Positions 10,389 to 20,533 of a stretch of DNA of 32,000 nt are shown one piece after another. This DNA is from Synechocystis sp. PCC 6803 substr. PCC-P (GTDB taxonomy: Bacteria; Cyanobacteriota; Cyanobacteriia; Cyanobacteriales; Microcystaceae): contig NC_017039.1 of assembly GCF_000284455.1 (NCBI RefSeq), forward strand, positions 2,940,001 to 2,972,000, written 5' to 3'. The translations under genes were made by a program, and so were the position numbers. Within the stretch, counting starts at the first letter, position 1; every line of letters begins with the position of its first letter. Under the pieces are notes generated by a model. It did not search any database and had not been told where the DNA came from. It was given only the letters and a program-made list of their open reading frames with translations.

Positions 10389-12083
10389 TTATTGTCCGGA
10401 AGAATCCGAAGATTGAACCCGAAAGGGGGGAGCCACATAATCTGAAGGTAAGTAATTCTCTGGCATGGTAGATGTATTTCCATCCCGCAGGGCAGTGAAG
10501 CTGGGTGACAAAATTTCAATGCCGACTTCATTACACTTGTCTTGCATATTTTGATGTAGTTCTGAATAAATTATCACCATTAAATTGGGCTGATTGGTGT
10601 AGGCATTTAGCTGGTAGCTGACATAAAAATTGTCCAGACTAGTCTGTAGGACGAAAGGGACAGGACTCTTGAGAATATGTTCAGTATTTAAGGCGGCCTC
10701 GATTAGGGTTGAGTAAACTTTTTGCCAAGGGACATCATAGCCCAAGGTAATTGTTGTCTGAAGAATCAAATACTTATTCAATTCCCGTGAAGAAATACTA
10801 TAATTAATCACATTACTAATCAATAGAGATGAATTGGGAATAGTAATAATTTGATTTGTTGGGGTACAAATACGAATAACTAAAAAGTTTTTCTCTATGA
10901 TGTCTCCAATAACATCCCCCACTTGAATATGGTCGCCAATCTGAAAAGCACGGGTATAGATAAGAATAATTCCTCCAATTACATTGGTGATTGCTGAAGT
11001 AGAACCGAGGGATAGAAGAAGACCAAGAAAAACAGAGATACCCCGAAAAGCAGGGGAATCAAAACCAGGCAGATAGGGAAAAGCTAACACCGCCGCTAGA
11101 GCAATGATAATAAATAAGAGAAGATTGTAGGTAGGCTTAGCCCAATCAGTATAAAATCCTGGTATGACAAGATTTCCCCTTTCTATAGCCGTAAAAAAAG
11201 GTTTAATTATCCGAATTAGGTAGTAAGTAAGAAAGATAATTATGGCAATAATGAAAGCATTGGGCAGGTATTTACTAATCCCAGATAAAACCAATTCCAA
11301 GGACTGAAATAAATGGTCTACAATGCTTTCTCCAAAAACCTTCGTCCAAGGAAACAAGCGTAGGACAAAGGCAACATAGGAAAATAGAAGTAACAATAGG
11401 AAAACTAGACGAATTATCTGAAGAATTCGCAGACCTAAAAAACTTATTTTAGAGGAAGATATAATCTCAGCATTTTGTATTTTAATGCCCGGTACATGGA
11501 ATTCTATCAATGCCCTAAACCATGGAAATAGCTTTCCTGAAAGTTTGATAATTAAAAAAACAGTGCTCAAAAAAGCAAAGCTGGCTATGGCGGTATAGAT
11601 GATGTTTCTTAATAATTGCTCAGGTCTTCGGGCTTGGCGATATTGTTCAATAGCATCTTTAATGCTTTGCAGAGCATCTCGGGCTAAAACTTCTGGGGTA
11701 GAAAAATAAGCCCTTGCATCCTGTTCAGTTATCGTTAGAATTACTTCTTTGTCTAAACTTAAATAAAGTGAATTATCATAGGGATTCGGTGCAATTTTTA
11801 GGTTTTCGAGAGCAATAGAGTAATTTTGGGCAATTCTTTTAATTCTTTGCGTAATGGCGTTGGCCCTATCCTCAGCTGAAAACGAAGAAACTCCCCTCCG
11901 AATAAAGAAGATAGGTCTGCCATCGAGGGTGACTGGAAAGCCGTCAATTGCATTTTCCGTTTGTGTTTGACTTTGGAGCACTCCTGATTGTGCCGAATTT
12001 TGTGCAACACCTACGGTGGGGATAGTTAGCACTAGTAGTAAAAATATGGTAAATGTCACCAACATGTGACCAATTCTTTTCAT
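10389..12083 (-). CDS. MscS family mechanosensitive channel with long N-terminal region
   Basis: 564-aa ORF with several TM helices followed by MscS-like core: GLLLSLGSTSAITNVIGGIILIYTRAFQIGDHIQVGDVIGDIIEKNFLVIRICTPTNQIITIPNSSLL. Confidence 0.9.
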   Translation of the reverse strand: MKRIGHMLVTFTIFLLLVLTIPTVGVAQNSAQSGVLQSQTQTENAIDGFPVTLDGRPIFFIRRGVSSFSAEDRANAITQRIKRIAQNYSIALENLKIAPNPYDNSLYLSLDKEVILTITEQDARAYFSTPEVLARDALQSIKDAIEQYRQARRPEQLLRNIIYTAIASFAFLSTVFLIIKLSGKLFPWFRALIEFHVPGIKIQNAEIISSSKISFLGLRILQIIRLVFLLLLLFSYVAFVLRLFPWTKVFGESIVDHLFQSLELVLSGISKYLPNAFIIAIIIFLTYYLIRIIKPFFTAIERGNLVIPGFYTDWAKPTYNLLLFIIIALAAVLAFPYLPGFDSPAFRGISVFLGLLLSLGSTSAITNVIGGIILIYTRAFQIGDHIQVGDVIGDIIEKNFLVIRICTPTNQIITIPNSSLLISNVINYSISSRELNKYLILQTTITLGYDVPWQKVYSTLIEAALNTEHILKSPVPFVLQTSLDNFYVSYQLNAYTNQPNLMVIIYSELHQNMQDKCNEVGIEILSPSFTALRDGNTSTMPENYLPSDYVAPPFRVQSSDSSGQ

Positions 12084-12420
12084 ATATTATCCAGCAGAAA
12101 ATAGTATAATTATAATCAAAGATTTTCGACCCATATCAACAGATAGTACGAAATTAATAGCGTTAATTTCAATGGCTAATCCTGCAAGATTAATTGACGT
12201 TTCATCCCTGTTAAACATTGATTATTTATATTATCAATCTACTTGGTCATTAACCATTACATTATGCTCAAAAAGTTATCCTTGCCTTAAACGGCGATCG
12301 CCTGGGGCCACTGACTTGGCGGGTTCATAGGGGATGGAGCCATACAGTCATAGAATGGAGTGCCCCAGGAGCTTTGTTTTCCTAGCTGATTCTTCCATTC
12401 AGTCCAAGCAAAATTTGACC

Positions 12421-13917
12421 ATGAAAGCAATTATGGTGGTGGGTACCACATCCCATGCAGGCAAGTCCTTTTTGACCACAGGGCTATGTCGTCTGCTCCG
12501 TCGTCGGGGCGATCGGGTCACCCCCTTTAAGGGACAAAACATGGCCCTGAATGCCTTTGTCACCATTGATGGAGGGGAAATGGGCCATGCCCAAGCAGTG
12601 CAGGCCTGGGCAGCGGGGACTGTTCCCAGGGTAGCGATGAATCCAATTTTGCTCAAACCCCAGGGGGATATGACTTCCCAGGTGATTATGTTGGGCCAGG
12701 CCGTAGGTACAACCAGGGCCCAGGAATATTACCAGAATTACTTTGACCGAGGCTGGCAGGCGATCGCCAACTCTTTAGAGACCCTAGCCCAGGATTTTGA
12801 CGTAGTGGTATGCGAAGGGGCAGGCAGTCCAGCAGAAATTAACCTCAAACATCGAGACTTGACCAATATGCGTGTGGCCACCCATCTCCAGGCCGCCACC
12901 ATTCTCATTGCAGATATTGACCGGGGTGGGGTCTTTGCCCATGTGGTCGGTACATTGCAACTGTTAGAGCCGGAGGAAAGAAAATTAATTAAGGGTATTG
13001 TTATCAACAAATTTCGCGGCCAACGTTCCCTGCTGGACAGCGGGATTACTTGGTTGGAAGAATATACCGGCATTCCTGTTTTGGGTGTCATTCCCTACGG
13101 GCAAAATCTTTTCTCCGCCGAAGATTCCCTCGATATACTAGAAAGAAGTGGCCGCCCCAGCAAAGAAGATATTCGCATAGTAGTACTGCGCTTGCCCCGC
13201 ATTGCCAACTTTACTGACTTCGAGCCCTTGGAGGCGGAATCCGGTGTTTACGTGGATTATCTTCCCTTAGAAAAGCAACTAGGCAACCCCGACGCCGTAA
13301 TTATTCCCGGCAGTAAAACCACGATCGCCGATCTGCAAGCGCTACAAAATAGTGGCATGGCGCAGCAAATTATGGATTATGCCCAAGCTGGAGGGACTGT
13401 GATGGGCATTTGTGGCGGCTATCAAATGCTGGGGCAAACCATTGCCGATCCGGAAAACATAGAAGGCAATGTCAGTAATTGCCAAGGGTTGGGGCTTTTA
13501 CCCCTAACCACGGTTATTAACCAAGAAAAAATTACCCGCCAATGTCAGACCATCACCCACGCTCCCCCATCAGGTTTAACTGTCACTGGCTATGAAATCC
13601 ACCAGGGACTAAGTCGGCGATCGGAGCATAGCCAAGACTTTCTGCCCATGTTTGACCAAGAAGAGCTGGGCATGGTCAATGCCCAACAAAACCTTTGGGG
13701 CTGCTACCTCCACGGCCTATTCGATAACGGTGCTTGGCGACGGTGCTGGTTAAATAATTTACGTCAACGACGGGGCTTGGACCCATTACCAACCTCCATT
13801 GGTAATTATCAAGAACAACGGGAAGGTATGTTAGATTCATTAGCGGATTTTGTTGAAACCCATGTCAACCTTGAGCCGATTTTACAATCTCTCCCAGAGG
13901 AAAATGAGACACCTTAA
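12421..13917 (+). CDS. cobQ: Cobyric acid synthase (glutamine-hydrolysing)
   Basis: MKAIMVVGTTSHAGKSFLTTGLCRLLRRRGDRVTPFKGQNMALN, IIPGSKTTIADL, GICGGYQMLGQ glutaminase nucleophile region, YEIHQG. The tracked ORF begins at 12334, but the Met at 12421 matches the family N-terminus. Confidence 0.95.
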   Translation: MKAIMVVGTTSHAGKSFLTTGLCRLLRRRGDRVTPFKGQNMALNAFVTIDGGEMGHAQAVQAWAAGTVPRVAMNPILLKPQGDMTSQVIMLGQAVGTTRAQEYYQNYFDRGWQAIANSLETLAQDFDVVVCEGAGSPAEINLKHRDLTNMRVATHLQAATILIADIDRGGVFAHVVGTLQLLEPEERKLIKGIVINKFRGQRSLLDSGITWLEEYTGIPVLGVIPYGQNLFSAEDSLDILERSGRPSKEDIRIVVLRLPRIANFTDFEPLEAESGVYVDYLPLEKQLGNPDAVIIPGSKTTIADLQALQNSGMAQQIMDYAQAGGTVMGICGGYQMLGQTIADPENIEGNVSNCQGLGLLPLTTVINQEKITRQCQTITHAPPSGLTVTGYEIHQGLSRRSEHSQDFLPMFDQEELGMVNAQQNLWGCYLHGLFDNGAWRRCWLNNLRQRRGLDPLPTSIGNYQEQREGMLDSLADFVETHVNLEPILQSLPEENETP

Positions 13918-13934
13918 ATCAACAGTTTTTTAAC

Positions 13935-14981
13935 ATGATGAAACGAATTGCTGTAGAAGAAGCTTTTGTTACCCAGGAGATTGCTGATGAGTGGGCAAAT
14001 GTCATTGCAACGGGGGCAAAAAACGAACCAGGTTTTCGTAAAATGGGCGAAACGATTCTGGCGGATAGTCCCGGCACAAGAATTATCCACGAACGACTAA
14101 TAGACCTCGGTGCTGGACGTATTGCTCACATGGATGCGACTGGCATTGATATACAAGTTATTTCTATTACCTCTCCAGGCGTACAGGTATTTGAGCCTGA
14201 GTTGGCCACAACCCTTGCCCGACAGGCCAATGATCAATTAAGTGAGGCCATCAAAAATCATCCTGATCGTTTTGCGGGACTGGCGGCGGTGGCCCCTCAA
14301 TCTCCCCAAACCGCTGCCCTAGAAATTGAGCGAGCCATACAGAAACTTGGGCTGTGTGGTGTATTGATCAATTCCCACACCGGTGGAGAATACCTCGATG
14401 ACCAGAAATATTGGGAAATTTTCGCCGCCGCCGAGGCCAACAGTGCCCCCATTTATCTTCACCCTCGAACCCCTTCCCCAGAGATGATTTCTCCCTTTCT
14501 AGACTATGGACTCTATTTTGCAGGCTGGGGATTTACTGTCGAAACTGCAACCCACGGTTTACGTCTCATTATGGGCGGCGTATTCGATCATTTTCCCAAA
14601 TTAACAATTGTTTTGGGCCATATGGGGGAAGGATTACCATACTGGTTACAAAGGTTAGATAACCGTTATTCGCTCCAGGTAGAAATTGGCGCAGTGCCTA
14701 AAATGCCTCGTCTACCCAGCGAATATTTCAAAGATCACTTTCTCATCACCACCAGTGGGGTTTGTTCCCCACCCGCTCTGCGCCATGTGTTAGAAGTGCT
14801 TGGTTCCGACGCCGTACTCTTTGCTGCGGATTATCCGTATGAGTCAGTTGAAGAGGCTGTTTCTTTCTTGGATAATGCACCAATTTCCGATCAGGAAAGA
14901 CGCAAAATCTACCAAACAAATGCCGAAAAATTATTTAGATTAGGAAGCACTAATGGCAGTAACGATACACTTTTTGCCTGA
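13935..14981 (+). CDS. Amidohydrolase family protein (dihydroxybenzoate / gamma-resorcylate decarboxylase-like, PF04909 type)
   Basis: 348-aa ORF: KRIAVEEAF N-terminus, IYLHPRTPSPEM, VLGHMGEGLPYWLQRLD, LFAADYPYES. Begins 17 nt after the cobQ stop. Confidence 0.85.
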   Translation: MMKRIAVEEAFVTQEIADEWANVIATGAKNEPGFRKMGETILADSPGTRIIHERLIDLGAGRIAHMDATGIDIQVISITSPGVQVFEPELATTLARQANDQLSEAIKNHPDRFAGLAAVAPQSPQTAALEIERAIQKLGLCGVLINSHTGGEYLDDQKYWEIFAAAEANSAPIYLHPRTPSPEMISPFLDYGLYFAGWGFTVETATHGLRLIMGGVFDHFPKLTIVLGHMGEGLPYWLQRLDNRYSLQVEIGAVPKMPRLPSEYFKDHFLITTSGVCSPPALRHVLEVLGSDAVLFAADYPYESVEEAVSFLDNAPISDQERRKIYQTNAEKLFRLGSTNGSNDTLFA

Positions 14982-15192
14982 CGATGTGACGGTAGCGGCC
15001 CGGGTAGGGGAACCAATCTTAGATGTGGCAGAGAGGGCTGGCGTATTTATTCCCACGGGCTGTTTAATGGGTTCCTGCCATGCTTGCGAAGTGGAACTAG
15101 GGGATGGCACTCCCATTTGCGCTTGTATTAGTGCGGTGCCAGTAGGGGTACAGGAATTAGAAATTAATCTTTATGATGATCTCACCTGGTAG
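14953..15192 (+). CDS. Compact [2Fe-2S] ferredoxin-like protein
   Basis: 79-aa ORF with GCLMGSCHACEVELGDGTPICACISAVP (C-x4-C-x2-C then C-x-C). ATG at 14953 overlaps the upstream ORF by 29 nt in a different frame. Confidence 0.78.
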   Translation: MAVTIHFLPDDVTVAARVGEPILDVAERAGVFIPTGCLMGSCHACEVELGDGTPICACISAVPVGVQELEINLYDDLTW

Positions 15193-15306
15193 TCTTTTAC
15201 TGTTTTGAAACTGATTTCCGCATATTGAATCGCAGTAAATATTAGCCCCACCCACAAAATTTGGCTTGCTAGGTTAAGCAGGTGAGACTATTGCTTTTTT
15301 AGCAGA

Positions 15307-15768
15307 TTAAATCTCTTCAAATCGGAGATTAAGGTTAATGGTGTCAGGGCCAAGCATGGTTCCCTGAATAACCAACACCACTGCTTTGCTTGAATCTTTG
15401 GGAGTTAAAGTTAACGTTGCCGGAGTATCAAAGACAATGCTGAAGCCCCAATCTCCCTGAGTTGTGTTGATGGTTCTTTCTGCGTAGCCCATTTTGGTCA
15501 GAGCGTCTTGGTAAAACTTCACCGTGGGGGCTGGTTTACCCTGGGCTTGAAAATTTAGGCCCTGTTGTCCATAGGCATTGGCCATGAACATGCTACCTAC
15601 ATTCTTGGGACTACCCTGGGGTCGGGGGAGTTTCACCAAAATATCTGCGCTGTTAGCTTGGCTAACCAGAAAAGGACGAGCTTCAGCTTCAACAACAGCA
15701 GGAACTTGTTCAATGGTGTTTGCGGGCATAATCCCTAACAAAGCGGTTAAAAGAGGGAATAATGACAT
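15307..15768 (-). CDS. Hypothetical, probably exported protein
   Basis: 153-aa ORF with hydrophobic N-terminus; coherent C-terminal half (NTTQGDWGFSIVFDTPATLTLTPKDSSKAVVLVIQGTMLGPDTINLNLRFEEI). No family recognised. Confidence 0.6.
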   Translation of the reverse strand: MSLFPLLTALLGIMPANTIEQVPAVVEAEARPFLVSQANSADILVKLPRPQGSPKNVGSMFMANAYGQQGLNFQAQGKPAPTVKFYQDALTKMGYAERTINTTQGDWGFSIVFDTPATLTLTPKDSSKAVVLVIQGTMLGPDTINLNLRFEEI

Positions 15769-15863
15769 AATTTTGCTATTTTCTAGAAATTATTCCAAGT
15801 ATACTTCCTGAAAACAGTAGTGTAGAATCCTTGTCCAGCAACTATGGATTTGAGGCATAGGTT

Positions 15864-17315
15864 TTAAGAAATACGGTGAATCTTGAGGAAATTAGTGCCC
15901 CTGGGTATTTTAGTGGGAATTCCCGCCATGATTAGCAACTGATCGCCCTTTTCCACCATTTTTCTATCCCGCAGTAGTACCTCCGCCTGTTGGATTAAAT
16001 CCTCAAAGGTGTCAAATTCTTCGTTAATTAAAAAGGGAATAATACCCCAAACTAAGTTGAGGCTATGGTAAACCTTTTCTGAGGGAGTGAAAGCAATCAC
16101 CGGCACCGACGGTCTTTGGTTGGAAGCGAGGAGAGAAGTAAAACCTGAGGTGGTGAACGTGACAATGTATTTTAAATCTAGAATTCCGTCAATTACCACT
16201 AACGCTTCACTTAGGGCATGGGTTTCCGTATTTTCTATTGGGGGATTATTAACAAGATGTAGACCCACTTCCGTCTCTTCGGCAATTTTTCGCAACATTT
16301 GCACTGATTTAACGGGATATTGTCCCACTGCCGATTCCCCCGATAACATCACCGCATCGGTGCCGTCCAAAATAGCGTTGGCCACGTCACTGGCTTCCGC
16401 CCTGGTGGGTCGGGAATTTTGAATCATGCTATCTAGCATTTGGGTAGCGGTGATGACCGGAATGGCCCGCACGTTACAGCGCCGAATAATTTCCTTTTGC
16501 AAACGGGGAACCTTTTCTGGGTTTACTTCCACCCCCAGATCCCCCCTGGCCACCATAATGCCGTTGGAAACTGCCACGATTTCTTCTAGATTATCGATCG
16601 CCTGGGGTTTTTCAATTTTGGCAATGACCGGCAGATCAGGATGGCCCCGTTCAGCGAGAAATTGTTTAAGGGTGTGGATATCTTCCCCTTTGCGGACAAA
16701 ACTAAGGGAAACCCAGTCAATGCCTTGGCTCAAACCAAATTCTAAGTCTTGCTTGTCTTTGGTCGTCATGGAAGGTAGGGTTAGGACTAAACCCGGTAGA
16801 TTGACCCCTTTGCGACTTTTGAGGATGCCCCCGGTCACCACTTCACAAATTACCTCTGGATCTTGAATGGACACAACTTTCATTTCCAGTAAACCATCGT
16901 CCAATAAAATTCTTTCCCCTACTTTTGCCTCCGTCGCCAAATGGGGATAGTCAATGCCCACCGCTCCAGGATGGCGATCGCCAATTTCCACCGGCACCAA
17001 AGAAACTTTTTCCCCTTCCCGCAGTTGCTTTTCTCCCCCCGGCAACTGACCAATCCGAATTTTGGGCCCCTGTAAATCTTGCAAAAGGGTAATGGGGGTG
17101 TCCATTTCCTGCTCCACTGACCGTAGTAGGCGAACCATGGTGGCATGGTCCTCATAACTACCGTGGGAAAAATTCAGCCGGGCCACATTCATGCCCGCAT
17201 CCACCATCTGACGTATCACCTCTACCGAACTACTGGCGGGGCCAATGGTGGCCACAATTTTGGTGCGATGACTTAGGGGTCTCATAAACTTCACCGGGTT
17301 AATCAGGGCTGGCAC
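15864..17315 (-). CDS. pyk: Pyruvate kinase
   Basis: [79 protein letters not shown]. About 483 aa; the start could be the internal Met at 17285. Confidence 0.97.
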
Positions 17316-17357
17316 TGGAATTTTAGTCCAACTTACTGAGGAGGAATTAAGGGAATG

Positions 17358-18596
17358 TTATGGAGCCGCCATCCCCTGGGCCGCCAACCAAGCCGTAGTC
17401 CAGGCATTTTGAAAATTAAAACCGCCGGTAATACCATCTACGTCGAGGATTTCCCCGGCAAAATATAATCCAGGGCAACAACGGCTAGCCATGGTCTTAA
17501 AATCCACTTCCTTGAGGGTAATGCCCCCACAGGTGACAAATTCTTCTTTGAACACCCCTTTACCTTTGATCTGACAGTGGTAGCGGTGGATATTCTCTGT
17601 TAGTTGTCGCTCCTGAACCTTGGAAAAATCGGCCCAACATTGCCCCGGTTTAATACCAGCCTGGGTCGTCAACCTCTGCCAAAGTCGTTTAGGTAAAGCA
17701 GTGGCGGTAAAGTTAGCGATTTGTTTGCGGGGATGGCTTTGCTTTGTTGCTCGCCATTGGGCCATGGATTCCAGGGGAGTCACTTTAGGCAGCCAGTTGA
17801 TCCAGAGGGAATGGTCATAACCCGATGCCTGTAATTGTCTTGCTCCCCAGGCAGATAGCTTTAACACCGCTGGGCCGCTCAGCCCCCAATGGGTAATCAA
17901 CACCGGGCCCTGGTGACAATAGATTCCTTTAAATTTTGGGTCTAAACTCACTAGGGCGTTTTCCACACTCACCCCGGCCAGATCGGTCAACTGGGCGTTT
18001 GGAATGTTAAAGGTAAACAGGGAAGGCACCGGAGCTTGGATGGTATGACCCAATTGTGCTGCCCAGCGATAGCCCAAGGGATTACTGCCCGTGGCCAATA
18101 ACAGGCGATCGCCATTAATGATTTCCCCCGATTTAAGCGTTACTTGGAATTGCTCCCCCAGTTTTTCCAGCCCTTGCACTGGCGATCGATTTCTTAACTC
18201 CACTCCTGATCGCCGGGCCGCCGACAGCAAACAATCCACAATGGTGCCTGAGTCATCGGTAACGGGAAACATCCGCCCATCTGCTTCCGTTTTGAGTTGC
18301 ACCCCCTCCGCCCCAAACCAGGCGATCGTTTGCTGGGGTTGAAAACGACTGAACGCTCCCCGCAACGCCTTACCCCCCCGGGGATAGTTTTGCACTAACT
18401 GGGTCGGGTCAAAGCAATGGTGGGTCACATTACAACGTCCCCCCCCAGAAATGCGGACTTTAGCCAGGAATTTCGACCCCGCCTCCAACAAAATTACTCT
18501 ACCCTCCGGCAGATTTCTGGCACAGTTAATCGCCCCAAAAAAGCCAGCTGCTCCTCCCCCGACCACAATCACAGTTCTTGTCATAGTTTTGACCAA
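17358..18596 (-). CDS. NAD(P)/FAD-dependent oxidoreductase, HI0933/YhiN family flavoprotein
   Basis: Rossmann motif VIVVGGGAAGFFGAI, VRISGGGRCNVTH, C-terminal GLYFAGEILDVDGITGGFNFQNAWTTAWLAA. Confidence 0.92.
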   Translation of the reverse strand: MVKTMTRTVIVVGGGAAGFFGAINCARNLPEGRVILLEAGSKFLAKVRISGGGRCNVTHHCFDPTQLVQNYPRGGKALRGAFSRFQPQQTIAWFGAEGVQLKTEADGRMFPVTDDSGTIVDCLLSAARRSGVELRNRSPVQGLEKLGEQFQVTLKSGEIINGDRLLLATGSNPLGYRWAAQLGHTIQAPVPSLFTFNIPNAQLTDLAGVSVENALVSLDPKFKGIYCHQGPVLITHWGLSGPAVLKLSAWGARQLQASGYDHSLWINWLPKVTPLESMAQWRATKQSHPRKQIANFTATALPKRLWQRLTTQAGIKPGQCWADFSKVQERQLTENIHRYHCQIKGKGVFKEEFVTCGGITLKEVDFKTMASRCCPGLYFAGEILDVDGITGGFNFQNAWTTAWLAAQGMAAP

Positions 18597-18947
18597 CCTT
18601 TATCTCTGGATTTCACTGGAAAATGGATCTAATCACCCCAAAAATCCCTTTAAAAAACTTAACAAATACGGAACTCCCCACCGGCAAAAACCCTATGCCC
18701 CCCGTCCCAACCTGTACAATGAAGAGGGCGGAGACGTAAGTTTCCGTTCACTCCTCACACCACACTCCGCCTGGATGATGTTCGGGCGGTTTCTTCTTAT
18801 CTGCTCCCCAGGGGGAAAAGTGTGACGCCAACTGTGACAAAAGATGAATAAATTCTAAGTTTCACGATATTTTTCCATACAGGGGTCAACAATTGGTTAT
18901 GGTAGTATTCTAATCAGCCCATCACGAGGTTTAGAAGGATTTCCAGT

Positions 18948-19271
18948 ATGAGTGCTACCCCTCAAGTTTCCGACGCAAGTTTTAAAGAGGATGTATTAGA
19001 CAGCGAGTTACCCGTGCTCGTAGACTTTTGGGCTCCCTGGTGTGGCCCTTGTCGCATGGTAGCCCCCGTCGTTGATGAAATCTCACAACAGTACGAAGGT
19101 AAGGTCAAAGTCGTTAAGTTAAACACCGACGAGAACCCCAATACCGCTAGTCAGTATGGCATCCGCAGTATTCCCACCCTAATGATTTTCAAGGGGGGCC
19201 AGAGAGTGGATATGGTGGTGGGAGCCGTGCCCAAAACCACCCTGGCCAGCACCCTAGAAAAATATCTTTAA
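18948..19271 (+). CDS. trxA: Thioredoxin (m-type)
   Basis: 107-aa ORF with [37 protein letters not shown]. Confidence 0.97.
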   Translation: MSATPQVSDASFKEDVLDSELPVLVDFWAPWCGPCRMVAPVVDEISQQYEGKVKVVKLNTDENPNTASQYGIRSIPTLMIFKGGQRVDMVVGAVPKTTLASTLEKYL

Positions 19272-19307
19272 GCGCTGGCTTCCCTGCTTTGTGACGGTTT
19301 CCCTCCG

Positions 19308-19342
19308 GATCGTGACCCTTCCTAGGACACGGTCTTTTTTTT
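19308..19342 (+). terminator. Probable rho-independent terminator after trxA
   Basis: GATCGTG (19308-19314) pairs with CACGGTC (19328-19334) over 7 bp with one G-U pair, followed by T8 (19335-19342), 37 nt after the trxA stop. Confidence 0.6.
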
Positions 19343-19446
19343 GCCTTTTTATCCCCCTGTTGGCTATGCCCCAAATTATTTTGGGCTAAATATCGGAGTT
19401 TCGTTTTTTCGTTCTAATGGGCTGATCCACCCCCAACTTTTAGAGT

Positions 19447-20475
19447 TCACAGCATGGCTAATTCGCCAATCACTTCCAGGCGTTTATATTTACCCAGCCG
19501 GACGAATTTTTCCGACAGAGTTTCCGCCACCTGGGGAGGAATCCAGCCCATTTGTTGCAGCAGGTGAATGGCTACAGCATACTTAGCCCGTTTGGAACCG
19601 TCTTTTACTTTGATGGCTAAGCCTAAGCCTTCTCCCACTCGCCCCACACATTGCACCCCTTCAGCGCCGGATTTACTCACCAGCTCTCCTTCCATCTGTT
19701 GCATAAGTTCCGTATCAAAACAGCCTTCCCCAGCGACAAAATAGGGGTAGTAAGTCATGGCCCGAGCCACTCGTTCCAGACCCAACTGTTGCCCCGAAGC
19801 CAGCAGCGCATACAAATGAGCTATTTGTCCCAACTCCATGGTGTAGGTGGGGGCACCGCAGTCGTCATGGGCAGCGATCAATTCGGCTCCGGGCATGCCC
19901 AACAGATCCGCTACTTTGGACAGAATTAGTTTTTGGATGGGACTATTTTGTTGCAAATAACTGTGGAGCGGCCAGTCCTGTTGTTGGCAAACGGCCAGCA
20001 TCCCCGCATGTTTACCGGAGCAACCATGGTATAGAGGGCTTTCCTGTCCCGCTGGTATGGGACATTGCAGAGCTTGAGGCTCAATGTCGGCCCGCCAAAG
20101 AATGTTGAATACCTGCCGAGCTTGTTCAATGGTGCCTTGGTGGGAACCACACATAATGGCCAGGTCTTTGTCGGTAAGACCATAGCGTTCCATGGTACCG
20201 GTGCTGGTGACGGCTAGGGCTTGAAACGGTTTGAGGGAAGAGCGAATAAAGGCATTGCTGGTGCTATCGCCGGCCAGCATTAAAACCCTTCCCCTGTCGT
20301 CGTAGACTGTGGCTTCAGCCCAGTGCTGGGATTCGATGATGCCTTCCCTCAGCAAATGCACTTCGATGGGGGTAGTGTGGGGACGTTTTCCTCTGCTCAT
20401 GCTGTTGGGGGAATTTCCGATGATGGTAAAGTTTCGCGGGGTTCTATTGATTAACCTATCCTCAATTCTAGGCAT
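19447..20475 (-). CDS. Asparaginase (L-asparaginase II-like, PF06089 type)
   Basis: 342-aa ORF: VHLLREGIIESQHWAEATVYDDRG, SSLKPFQALA, CGSHQG, CSGKHAGML, HDDCGAPTY. The start may be the internal Met at 20400 (MSRGKRPHTTPIEV). Confidence 0.88.
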   Translation of the reverse strand: MPRIEDRLINRTPRNFTIIGNSPNSMSRGKRPHTTPIEVHLLREGIIESQHWAEATVYDDRGRVLMLAGDSTSNAFIRSSLKPFQALAVTSTGTMERYGLTDKDLAIMCGSHQGTIEQARQVFNILWRADIEPQALQCPIPAGQESPLYHGCSGKHAGMLAVCQQQDWPLHSYLQQNSPIQKLILSKVADLLGMPGAELIAAHDDCGAPTYTMELGQIAHLYALLASGQQLGLERVARAMTYYPYFVAGEGCFDTELMQQMEGELVSKSGAEGVQCVGRVGEGLGLAIKVKDGSKRAKYAVAIHLLQQMGWIPPQVAETLSEKFVRLGKYKRLEVIGELAML

Positions 20476-20533
20476 TTAGGGCACTTTGCACGGATCAGAG
20501 CCCATTTGATCTGTTTAATCTGTGCAATTTTGC

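Noticed and set aside
18417-18825. ORFs 18417..18632 and 18451..18825 running into the trxA upstream region
   Set aside because: They start antisense inside the flavoprotein gene and have no recognisable domain; likely chance ORFs.
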